Assembly: GCA_964016885.1 (NCBI GenBank)
Contig: OZ024741.1
Coordinates: 184,574,001 to 184,638,000, forward strand
Direction of reading: 5' to 3'
DNA: 64,000 bases
Source: Eledone cirrhosa
Lineage: Eukaryota
The notes under the pieces are model-generated. The model saw only the letters and a program-made list of their open reading frames with translations. It had not been told where the DNA came from and searched no databases. Shown piece by piece: positions 26,564-39,000 of this stretch. The translations under genes were made by a program, and so were the position numbers. Position 1 is the stretch's first letter, and each line of letters begins with the position of its first letter.

Positions 26564-26599
26564 TCTTAACGTTTCGGACGCTAGTCCTTCATCAGAAGA
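26564..26599 (-). ncRNA. Minimal type I hammerhead ribozyme
   Basis: TCTT-CTGATGA-A-GGAC TAGC GTCC-GAAA-CG-TT-AAGA. Confidence 0.75.
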
Positions 26600-26731
26600 A
26601 CGAATGAGAAATAAGATAGATTGAAGGGACGAGCGGGGTGGAATTGGAAAAAATGTCTTTAAATAAAAATAACAGGTCCATTGTTGATATCTCCTGTTTG
26701 ATACCCAGTGTTGATATCTCCTGGAAAACTG

Positions 26732-26762
<31 letters not shown>

Positions 26763-26770
26763 TTACGTGT

Positions 26771-26806
<36 letters not shown>

Positions 26807-27124
26807 TTGTGTGCGTGCGTGTGTGTGTCTATCTGTGTGTGTGTGCATGTGTAAATATATTCATGAGTGAATTATCAAAATATCATAATACTATAATAAT
26901 ATTATTAATATTCGGTTTGTTTACAACTAAACATCCTCATTAAACATCACGTGGTAAATGATATCGTCACTCTTTCGTTCTACCGCTAGCTGAGAGAAAA
27001 CAATCAACAATTGACAATTGTTTTGGAGTGTCTTGCTCCTTGTCAAAATTGTGTATTCAGTACATTTCTTAACCGTGGTTATTTCCCGATCCCTTTCGGA
27101 TACAATCAATAGTTATATATATAA

Positions 27125-27212
<88 letters not shown>

Positions 27213-27348
27213 GTGAGGTTTTTTTTACAAAATGAAAAATAACCGAGGTGTCCTACACGAGTGAAAGTATAAAGAAAAAGAGATGAAATCGAAAATGCAA
27301 CTGGAGTCTTATATGTGAGAAAAACCACAGACCCTCCATCTCAACTCA

Positions 27349-27386
27349 CCTTTTGAAAAGCAGAAGAACTGCGAAACCGGTAAAGG
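27349..27386 (+). ncRNA. Degenerate hammerhead inside a 38-bp inverted repeat
   Basis: CCTT-TTGAAAA-GCAG AAGAA CTGC-GAAA-CCGG-TA-AAGG. Confidence 0.5.
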
Positions 27387-27449
27387 AACCAAATAAATAT
27401 ATATATTTTTTTTTTAAATAAGACTCCAGTTGCATTTTCGATTTCATCT

Positions 27450-27483
<34 letters not shown>

Positions 27484-27550
27484 ACAAAGAAGGTGTGGTA
27501 AGATAGCAGGTGGTATCTAGCTGTTGAAACGGTCGTCGGGGTCCTTCTCT

Positions 27551-27638
<88 letters not shown>

Positions 27639-28639
27639 TTGATGGAAAAATCAGTGCGTCGACAGATGGCCATTTATACATATATCTTTATATATCTCAT
27701 TTCGTCTATGTCTTAACCATTTAGTTCAAGCCAATTTCCCTCGGTCAAATTTACCACGTCCACAAAATGAGTACCTGAAAAAGTACTGGAAATGGTGTAA
27801 TCTACTAAAAGCTCCCTAATGACATGGCAGTAGCTGGTTCTCCAACATGCTCGTAATCCGATAAAACAAACCACAAAATGGCACAAAATAGAAACAGATT
27901 TGATAATTCATTCCTGTCATTATAAGCTTCATATAGCCACTCAATCGTAATTTATTTTCCTACGCAATTTCACTAAATAACCGAAGTAATTAACATTCTT
28001 TTCAAATAAAAAGCGAACGACGCATTTAAAATAATTAATTTATTCATTTATAATCTCTCATATTTAGTTACTGATTTATTTATTTATTTATCTTAAATAT
28101 TTACATAATATTTTCGATTATTGAAATTAATATCCTGTTTGCTTGTGCTGCATCGTTCATAAATTGTTGTTGAAGTAGGAAGTGAACCAGTTGGCAGAAT
28201 CATTAAAAGGTCGGATATAATGAGTTTAAATACACCGAGATTAATTTTACCTCTTATCATTTTGGTGTCGATAAATAAAATTCCACTCCTGTATATAGAT
28301 CGATTCTTTCCGGTGATCTTTCTTCCTCTCTGTGCTCACATATGAAGAAGTATGGACTCTGTCAAATTTAAATGCTAGAGATTCTATCAGAAATTGGGGG
28401 CCCAGGGAACGAAAATGCTCATTACAAAGTATTTAAAGTGTAAATAAAGGATGAAATGTTTTGCACAAAAATAGACAACCGTCTCATTTTAATATTTTAG
28501 TAAGGAGCGCTTTCCATATATATGTTCTTATAATATTTTGTTTATCGGCTCTCTGAACATCGAATGCATTTACCCAAAAAGTAGAACTGGTTTACATCAT
28601 TGGATGCAAACAAAGTTGTGGGTTTTATATGAGACTAAA

Positions 28640-28900
28640 CTTTTCCTAGAGAGATATTTTGATGAAGACAAGAGGAATCTCATTGCACTGCCCCATCCCC
28701 TTAAAAGAAATACTCTATTGGATGGCCGTTGTATCACCTGTCTTCCTAAGCCTTTTGACACTTTCTTTACACCACAGCGTGTCCAAAACTACCTTCTTCA
28801 CCAAGCTTGATGGCGTTGCCGGTTTAGTGTCCAAAGAACAGACCATGCACAGGTTGTACAGGGTTATATGTCACCTGTAACGCAGAAGACTGACCTGACA
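28640..28900 (-). mobile_element. Diverged copy of the 5' part of the 12895 element
   Basis: Shares GTACAACCTGT..CATGGTC..ACTAAAC.GGCAAC.CCA.CAAG and GGCCATCCAA. Also starts after a (TATG)-type repeat. Confidence 0.65.
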
Positions 28901-29455
28901 TACATACATGCATACTTATATACATTATAATCGCTGCTCCTTCATTATCGAGTATGGCCATTTCAGGATATAACATTATAAATAATTATCGATTAATGCC
29001 ATCGTGAAATGCCTGTGCATAAAGATGTTTCTTAAAGTGAGGAAATACTGTGCACTGAGCCAATCCCACTCTCTGAGCGACACTAGCTATAACCCGAAAA
29101 TAAGAAAAGATCAACAGCATCGGTAACATCCATCCATCCATCCATCCATAGATACATACATACACACACACATGCATACATACAGAGATAGAGATATACT
29201 TAAAGGCATACAAATCTGCACAAATGCAACTCTTTGTTCAAAAATTTACAGAACCACTTTCTATTGACAAATATTGTTGTATTTTGCACAAACGTAAAAT
29301 ACGAGTAAAACACCTCCGTATAAATAAAAAACAAAATGTCTACTCCATCTTTTCAACACTTTCATTGCAAAACCTATCTCATTTCCATCGACAACACATT
29401 GCTGTTTGCTATAGGATGTTTATATTGTGTAATCTATGTAAATGTTCGGGTATGC

Positions 29456-29604
<149 letters not shown>

Positions 29605-30242
29605 TGTGCGTGTGTGTCTGTGTCCGGGTGTGTCTATGTGCGTATGGGTGCATGTGTACGAACGTATATATGTATGTAAGACGATATTCCAGAATGGCCA
29701 TAACCTAATGACTGAAATATATAAAGATTATATACATATATATATACATACATACATACATATATATATATATACATACATAATATATATAATATGTATA
29801 TATATACATACATATATACACACATATATATATATATATTAATACATTGGAAACTATTTTTGAGATGCTCTTATTACTCTTTACACACAATGTAGTTTTT
29901 TTTATCTTCGGACATAATCCCCATTTAAAATATATTGTGTTTAAACAAAAGCGATCCAAAATATTATTTTTCCTTTTTGCATGTTGTTGTTTTTGTTGAT
30001 GTCTTTGCGCTATTTGTCAATATATTCTTTTTTTGTGTGTATATTTATGAATGTGTGTGTATGTGTGTGCATGTATATATGTATATGTGAATATATATAG
30101 AAATATGTGTATGTGTATCTGTATGCTCTCTCGTGAGCGTTTCTTATATATAATATAAGTTCGTTTGAATACACATATACCCTAATATATGTAATACACC
30201 ACACACACGCACACACACACACAGACACACGCGCACACACAC

Positions 30243-30278
<36 letters not shown>

Positions 30279-30400
30279 TCTCTCTCACCCACAAACATAT
30301 ATATATATTGGCATTTATGCATATATATATATAAATGTAAGAAGGTATATTATGTATGCATGTATGTGTATATGTATGTATGTAGGTATGCATGTAGGTT

Positions 30401-30445
<45 letters not shown>

Positions 30446-31661
30446 GTATATATATATATATATATATATACTATAGAGCATATATATATATATATATATA
30501 TATATGTATACATACTTACACATACATACACAGATACATTCATATGTGCATACACTCATACTTATATTCACATATACATGTAAGCATGCATATGTAAAAA
30601 GTAAAAATAAAATGTCCAAAATTAAGAAGTATTAAGTGCTGCCACTCAAATCACATTAATACATCACTTCGTTTTCATTGTAGATTATATTTGTTACCCT
30701 TTTGTTTATTTGTCATCCCTTCGTTTGTTTGTCATCTCTATTCTACTTCCTCTTCTATTTTTTCAGCCAATGCTCCATCTTGTGTTGTTTATAGTATGTT
30801 GTTTGTATTGTTATAATACTTTTTATTGAAGTACTTTATTATTATTATTAGTAGTGGTTGGTATTGTTGTTATTGTTGTTTCTTGTTACTGTCGTTATTT
30901 TGATATACCGATAGTTACTCAATGTACAACTGTCTCCCGACTACATTTCATATTCAACAGCTTTTATATACCTCAGCCTTTTTGACTGACGTTTTTTCAT
31001 GTCTTTTTTTGTTGTTGTTCAAGTGGACTCCATTTTGGACAACGCCATTACTCACTCAACAACACATAAATAATAGCCACAAACCGAGTCGTTATTTTCA
31101 GCGGTTTGCATTTAAAACATTTTTTTCTGTTGTCTTTTTAAACATATAATTCTTTTTTACATATTCTTTATTTCTTTTTCACGCTCTCAATTTTCTAGCT
31201 CTTTCTATCTCTCAATATTTCTCCCTCGTTCTCTCTTTATTGAATTTATTTCATGTTTTCCTTCTCCCTTTCGTTCTCTCGCGCTCTCTACCTTCCTTCA
31301 ACTAATTCATTCACACTCTTTTAGCAAATCTTTCCTTTGTCGTCTGCGTCAATCAAATACCAGCAGTTGCAAATTTATTTTATATTTTTTGTTTGTTTGT
31401 TGGGGATAATATTGTTTTTCCTCTTTTTCCTTCCTTATTTCCAATATTATTCTTCCTTTTATTTATTCTTTCTTTCTCAATATTTCTTCTTTTTTCTGTC
31501 TTTCTTTCATTCATCCATTTAGTCTATTTTGTTTACTTGATTTTTTTGTCCTTCATTACTGAATTATATTACAAACATAAACATACAAACGCCACCATAC
31601 ATATATGCATACACACTAACATACACACACACATATATACATGTACATATATGCATGTATA

Positions 31662-31726
<65 letters not shown>

Positions 31727-31975
31727 TATATATGTATATATATATAAATGTTGATGGTGTTGAACGAGATTAGTAGCACTCAATACCGGTTGTTAAGGTA
31801 TAGAATATTATGAACGATAAACACTGTTTGTAGACCTTTCGAGAACAACGTTTTGTGTATATGGAGAGGGTGTGTAAACCTCTGTCAGTTGGTAATTTAC
31901 TAACACATTCACCTTGTGCATGTATGCACACACACACACACACACACTCACACACACACACGCGCGCACACACTC

Positions 31976-32013
<38 letters not shown>

Positions 32014-32172
32014 GCATACATACATATATATACATGTATACATACATATGATTGAGGCAGAATTTCATCATCCCGTGTCGTGCATTTGGGTTCGAGAAAA
32101 TATTACAAATCGTGAACGAACGTGAAGCCCTGCGGTATTGCTTGTAGTTTAACCCGAATGGTGGAACCACCA

Positions 32173-32225
<53 letters not shown>

Positions 32226-32364
32226 TAATACATATATAGTATAATATAAGCGACCATTAAGATAGGAGGCTGGCTTGGTAGTCACAACCAAGCCAGCCTC
32301 CTATCTTACTGGTCGCTTATATTTATGGTACGACAAAAATATTTATAAAACTGTTTATATATTG

Positions 32365-32430
32365 TATTTTATCTGACGAAGGCATGCCATATTTTTAATA
32401 TGGTATCCCTGAAATATGTATAATGAAATA
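32365..32430 (+). ncRNA. Type I hammerhead ribozyme (intact core)
   Basis: TATTTTAT-CTGACGA-AGGCATGCCATATT/AATATGGTATCCCT-GAAA-TATGTA-TA-ATGAAATA. Confidence 0.8.
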
Positions 32431-32476
32431 AATATGGTTTTATAAATATAGTTTCCATTTGTTTAATATCGTATAG

Positions 32477-32516
<40 letters not shown>

Positions 32517-32564
32517 GCATAGAGAGCGAGAGAGCGAGAGAGGGAGATATAGATAGATATATAG

Positions 32565-32595
<31 letters not shown>

Positions 32596-32622
32596 TAGAG
32601 AGATAGAGAGATAGATAGAAAT

Positions 32623-32710
<88 letters not shown>

Positions 32711-32823
32711 CGGAGGCCGTCCGTTGCAGTGACCCTACCGCTGGCCGAGCCGCTTCCGTATCAATCCTTAGTTTATATATTGCTATAACTCAGTAGGCTT
32801 ACTGAACTAAATCTTTTAAATCT

Positions 32824-33423
32824 GTTATGTTCACTACACCAGATGACGTCAGCGATTGCTTTGCGTTATGATTTGATGATATAAGCCGGCTATGGAAATA
32901 TGTATTGTGTAATTATGCAATTTAAAGGAATATTTTGGAATATATCTTCTATATATATAAAATCGAGGATATGTGTGTGTCTGTGTACAACTTTGGATAC
33001 CTAAGGATTTTACAATTACCAACCGAATTTGATAAAATTTTCAAATAGACCTACGTTGAGCAATAAAAAATCGATATCAAAATTATCGGTAGCAAAATTG
33101 ATGTAAGGGAGATAACCAACTTTATTGACAATCCTTATAAAAAAGGGAGATAACCAACTTTACTGACAGAAGTATAAACATCAGATTCATTTGAAGACAA
33201 ATCACTAATATTATCGTTTGTTTCTTGTTTATTCTTTGTTGCATTTCAAACCCCGGGCAACGCCAGGTAAATCTGCTAGTATTTCAATAAAAACAGAAAG
33301 CCGGACTGCAATGTATTCCTTTAATGTTCCACAATTTCACAATATATATTTCTATAGCCGGTTTATGCCATCATACCATGACGTAAGACAAGCGGTGACA
33401 TCATCAGGTGTATAGTACATAAA
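32824..33423. mobile_element. MITE-like fold-back element (about 105-bp imperfect inverted arms) split by the Helitron
   Basis: 32824-32931 is an imperfect reverse complement of 33313-33423, for example ACACCAGATGACGTCA/TGACATCATCAGGTGT and AGCCGGCTAT/ATAGCCGG. Confidence 0.7.
32948..33280 (+). mobile_element. Non-autonomous Helitron/Helentron-like element
   Basis: 5' end TCTATATATATAAAA followed by a short microsatellite; 3' end GC hairpin CCCCGGGCAACGCCAGG followed by CTAG(T). Confidence 0.75.
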
Positions 33424-33529
33424 ACTTGCCGCTTGCTATTGTAAATTAAGCATGCTGTTAGATATCAAGCTAAATTATGTTTTCTGCGCCTGATTTCCTG
33501 TTATATCAGAGTGAGTAACTTGATTGGTA

Positions 33530-33714
33530 ATAATAATTGTTTCTAGTTTTGGCAAAAGCCAGCAATTACCCCCAGTGAATTACTGGTACTTTATTTTATC
33601 TACCCCGTAAGGATGAAACGCAAAGTTAACCTCTGCGGGATTCGAACTCAGACCGTAAAGGGCCATAACTCGGTGCTACAAAGCATGGCGTCCGACCCTC
33701 TACCAGTACTGCCA
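33530..33714 (-). mobile_element. SINE A copy
   Basis: Near-full match to family A on the minus strand. Confidence 0.9.
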
Positions 33715-34235
33715 TCCTATTGCATATCTATTAATGCACAAACTATTTAATTACTGTTATTAGTTTTGGACTGGTTGTTGTTTTCTCTGTCTCTATGTTG
33801 CATCATATCTCCAATAGACCGGTTTCTTTCTAAGGCTTACACGAAATCCATACTGACTTAATCTTCATAAGCCTAAAAACATACTTATATACTGTAATTG
33901 CTACCTCATACGTCTACCCGCTTTCCTTGCTTTTTTCATAGCCTGCCTATATTGAGTACTTGCTAATGTTCTTGACAAGTGGTTGCGTTGAATCCAATCT
34001 ATATTAATGCTCCTGATATATGAAGGTGAGTTATTATATTTTGTGAATAATTGTTAATTAATTATAATTAATTGTTTCGTTGTTTGAATACCCATACAAA
34101 CTTATCATCTGTATAGAAACGATTGTAAATATTAAAGATGAATTTAATTTAAAACCATGGTTCATTCACTTTGAATATTTATATCTATATATATATATTT
34201 GTATACCTGTGTTTGTTTTATTTCCTTTATTATAT

Positions 34236-35195
34236 ACTAGCAGTGGTACCTGGCGTTGCACGGCATAAGGTATTTTGGAGCGCGGGCCGCCAACAGACCT
34301 AATCGTGGAAAAACTGCATGCATGGACAATATGTAAAGAAAATAAACCGAATACTGTGATGGCTGGATAATCTTTAAGGTTTTTCTTGATGAAGCAGGAA
34401 AAATGCAGGTTTTCACCTAATGCGAGCCCTAGGGGATCAAGAAAATTAATTTTTTCTATGTGCATAATATGCCTTGAAATTTCGGGAAAATCGGCTAGAC
34501 GTAACGCCTCAAAAAAGCCCTAAAAGGCTGAAAAAAAAATGAAGTGTTTCACCTAATGCAGGCCCTAGGCCATAAATAAGTTGGATTTTCTTTGCTCACA
34601 GTATGAAGAAGAGACTAACGAATACATAGTTACAATTTCAAGGAAATCAGTCTGACGTAACGATTAAAAAAACCCATAAAAACCTAAAAAAACGCAGTTT
34701 TTTCAACTAATGCGGGCCCTAGGGCATCAAAAAGTTGAATTTTTTAATGTGCATAACACTCCCTGAAATATAAGTAATAGACATGTAAAGTTTGAAAAAA
34801 GCCGGTTGAGTACTTCTCGAGTTTTAGGGATTCAAACTCACAGACACACACACAGACACACACATACACACACACACACATACACATAGACAGGCATCCT
34901 CAGGGAAGTGACGTAATACAGTCAGACATACAGACATATATTATAAGGGCGCGACGTTATATGTATGTATCTATCTAAAAAGAGAAAGACTAAGAATTAT
35001 GGAGAGAGATTGCTAAATCGCCTAACGTGGTCCCTAGGGCATTGAAAATTTGAAATTCTTTATGCGCAGAACACTTCCTGAAACATACGTATTACATGTG
35101 TAAAGTTTGAAAAAAGTCGGTTGGGTGGTTCTCGAGTTTTAGGGATTCAAACTCACATACATACAGACAGACATCCGCAGTTTTATATATATATA
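34236..35195 (-). mobile_element. Non-autonomous Helitron/DINE-1-like element with internal tandem subrepeats
   Basis: Minus strand starts TATATATAAAACTGCGGATGTCTGTCTG and ends GCCGTGCAACGCCAGGTACCACTGCTAG. The internal repeat CCTAATGCG.GCCCTAGG occurs about 4 times. Confidence 0.75.
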
Positions 35196-35208
35196 TCTTT
35201 ATATACAG

Positions 35209-35250
<42 letters not shown>

Positions 35251-35294
35251 GTATGTATATATATATGTATGTATGTATGTATGTAAATATAGAT

Positions 35295-35600
35295 CCCCCC
35301 CTATCAGTCACGAATGACTATGGGATTTGCAACTAGAAACTTTTTCTCCGAAGTAAAAGTCCGTGCAAGGTTGTTTGTGGAAGACTAGCAGTCACCTGTG
35401 CATACCAATCCCTCCTCGCCACGCCACTGATGTTGACCAAGGGAAAGGCATAGGCTTATACAACTTGGCACCAGTGGCGTTGCGACTCATTTCTATAGCT
35501 GAGTGAACTGGAGCAATGTGAAATAAAGTCTCCTGCTCAAGATCACAACGCAAAGCCTGGTTCGAGAATCGAACTTACAACCTCACGATTGTAAGCTCGA
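35295..35600 (-). mobile_element. tRNA-derived SINE family B (CORE/V-like central domain)
   Basis: Reverse complement shows the B box GTTCGATTC followed by GTTGTGATCTTGAGCAGGAGACTTTATTTCAC. A second copy lies at 53300-53550. Confidence 0.75.
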
Positions 35601-35608
35601 TATGTATG

Positions 35609-35664
<56 letters not shown>

Positions 35665-37240
35665 CATACATACATATAGGGTTTCATTTATTGTCACTAC
35701 CGAACAGTTGTAGAGGAGACTCCATCTTCTTCATCTACATTCCATTTGTTTTGTTTTTGTTTTTTTATTGCACTATTGAGTTTTTCCATTTTCTTTTTCC
35801 TGTTTGTTTCTGTAAATATGTCTCTCTTTCTTTTCTTTTTACTTCTTCTCTCTTTACTTTTTCTCGTTCCTTCATTCCTCTTTCTCACTTCAATTTCCCT
35901 AAATTCCTACCATTCATTTCTCTATCGTCTTCTTCAGTGAAATTTTTAACCAAATCCTTGTAATTCTTTTTACGCTTCAGTAATTATTTCTCATGTCCCC
36001 GCTCCTCAATACTTTTCTTCAATTTTGCTTTCTTTTCATCATTGTTTCCTTATTTCTTCTCTTCGTACTCTCCAATTTTTTTTTTGTCGTTGTTTATTAA
36101 TCCTTTTTGTCAGCTGCTTGAATTCAGATATCTTCCTTTAAATCATTTTATTGTTCCTCTCACAAAACACCCATTTTGCGATCTTATTTTTTTAGCTAGC
36201 ATTCGTTGTCTTCGTTGTATTGGTATCCTCCTATGTCATATATTTTCTTTTACATATACTTCTTTTCTATACAATCTTTCTGCTTTCACTATTTTCAAAA
36301 TGGCTTGTCTACTTTCATTAATTTAAAAAAATATATTTCCTTCCTTATTATCAACAAATAAATCTATTATCTTTGACGCAAACTAATCGAAATGAAACGA
36401 AACAAATTCAAACGCCGATAAGATTAAGAAGATTTCTCCATAACTACTTGTTACCGGGTTCAATTCCACTGGTCGGCATTTTGGCAAGAATCATCTGCCA
36501 TAAACTAAAATCGCCGTGAGTAATATTTGGAAGAAGAAATGTTTTTAGAAGACCATCGATTTTAGTGTTGATTGGTAGATATAATATTTGGTCATATTTC
36601 GTCACTCCTAACGTTTTGCAAGTATTTAGCAATATGATTACTGTCAAGATAACAGTCTTACTTTCTTTGACCAGTCTCGGTGACTATAAAAAATTACATG
36701 ACCGCTGCCTAACGTAGAAAGACGTTAAACCAAATCCATCGAGTCCAAGCGCTAATTATTTAGAAACCATAGTTTCTCCTTTCAAATGAAGATGTCAATA
36801 TGATTATTGAATTATTGTATTGATAAAGTATATATATCGATAATGAAACTATTTACTACCTTGATTACATATATCATATGGTTGCATAAACATGGGTGTC
36901 AATTTGGAGGAACAGGATTCACTAGTTGTAATGAGAATCTTTTGTGCCTAATATAGCTCTTAAAATTATTGCCTAGAATCATTTTAAAATGCCTAATATC
37001 ATCAGAGGGAGTCGCATGTACTTTGCATCTATAGACATTACGATATAAACCTATTGATCAGCTTTATTGATTTTCTCAAACGCTGCACAGATTCATGACG
37101 GATGGTGTGATCAAGTTTCAAAAATCCGAGGAAGTACGACAAGATATATATCGTAGTTCCGATGACCTTTTAAATTCACCATAGGAATTATCAGAGTGTT
37201 GTTTATTGTCGGTGAAAATCAGTGTATTTTGTTTTATATG

Positions 37241-37617
37241 CAGGGTGATTAAAAAGTAACTCTCCATTGAATGCCAAAAGGTACCCCACCATGCTGCAAG
37301 ATGAAATCTGGCCAGTTATCAGTACTTGGGAGAATATTGAAGGGTTGATTTTGCTATTGTTGTTCGTGAGTGGCTGAATGCTCAATTGCCTGGTCCCTGG
37401 GAGATAGATGGGGAATTGTGGTCCACTTGAATAGCCAGCCAGAAGCCCTGACTTAACTCCCTGCAACTTTTTTCTTTGGGGTTGGTTAAAGGAGCATCTC
37501 TAATCTACCAAACTATACGCTATACGCTTTCTTCTCATATTCATTTCTTGTAAACATTATAGTTGAGAAATAAATTATAAGAATTTTAATAGTGGGAGTT
37601 ACTTTTCAATCACCCTG
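37241..37617 (+). mobile_element. Internally deleted Tc1/mariner-superfamily element with TIRs
   Basis: TIRs CAGGGTGATT(A/G)AAAAGTAACTC at both ends with TA on the right. Internal VREWLNAQ and *PARSPDLTPCNFFLWGWLKE. Confidence 0.9.
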
Positions 37618-38180
37618 TATATATCCGTTCAGTTTGATTGTGAATATTTTTATTCATTGTAAATATTTTAAATCATTCTCAGATTTGAATATATATTATA
37701 CATACTTATATAATTGAAAACATTTTTGTTTATAACTTTACTAAAATATTTTCCATATTTCATTATATATTATTACTCACTGTTATTGTTATTATAAATA
37801 TATTGTTATTATAAATATATTGTTATTATTGTTATTGTTATTATTGTTATTATAAATATTTAAGTACTTATTCAACTAATCTCAGATAGGTTATCGGGAT
37901 ATTTTTGTTTACCACGCGCTTCCTTTCTTGTTGAAAGAATGTTTTCAATGGCAAATTGTTATTCCGTTTCAAGATGCAAGTGAAGTAAGTGATTCGACAT
38001 TACAAACTCAATATCGACGTGAGATTCAATGAGTTCCTTGAGAAAAAAAGAAATCAAAATTAATAAAGAGAGTTAATTCAAGTGTTCATTGAAAATTTAA
38101 TGAAACGTGAAGGTTCATTGATTTGCTGAATTGAAATACTTGTTAGAGATATATACTACCTCAATTGTTTATTTGTGTGT

Positions 38181-38222
<42 letters not shown>

Positions 38223-38700
38223 CATAACTAAGGCTTAAGTATTAGTGATGATACACACACACACACATGTGATGAGTTAGGTTATCAAATGACTTCTCTA
38301 TTTTACAAGTAAAAGTACACATCTTTGTTTCAATGTAGGCTCATGGCCACCAGTTATTGTTGGCTGGGTGGTCGATATAATCAACTACTAAACTGGACTT
38401 GTACTTTATTTTATCGACCATTGAAATTATTTGTCCGACACTCTAACGATTCTGGCAATCTATCACCTTACCGTCACCTATATTAATAATAAATAACTTG
38501 ACCACCAGTCACCCGTTGGGTTACGTTCACTTCAAAATATTTTTGAAAAATCATGTTCACTTAGAAATAATTTTTAAGTAATTAGAATATACACAGAAAT
38601 GTATATCATGTGAAATGAAACTGGAAGGCTCATATATATACGTGTGTATATGTATATATAAATGTGTGTGTGTGTATATATGTGTGTGTATATATATATA

Positions 38701-38872
38701 TATGGGAGACCCTGCATGGACACACTGGAAGAGGAAGACCAAGGTTAACGTATGTTGATGCCCTAAGGACAGACATTGGTCGGTTGGAGGCGGAGGACAT
38801 GGCAGCGATAATGAAGGACAGAGACCGCTGGAGAGAACTCGTCCATGAATCTCGGGAATTTTACCCGCCCTA
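38701..38872 (+). mobile_element. 5'-truncated 3' end of the same RTE family
   Basis: [24 protein letters not shown]...WRELVHESREFYPP closely matches 45228-45400 (reverse complement). Flanked by TA-rich microsatellite. Confidence 0.92.
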
Positions 38873-38919
38873 TATATATATGTGTGTGTATATATATATG
38901 TGTGTATATATATATATAT

Positions 38920-39000
38920 ATGGGAGCCCCTGCATGGACACACTGGAAGAGGAAGACCAAGTTTAACGTATGTTGATGCCCTAAGGTATGTTGATGCCCT
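38920..39000 (+). mobile_element. Second short RTE 3' fragment, fused to a Penelope-like fragment
   Basis: WEPLHGHTGRGRPSLTYVDAL, with the same 5' truncation point as the copy at 38701. Confidence 0.85.
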
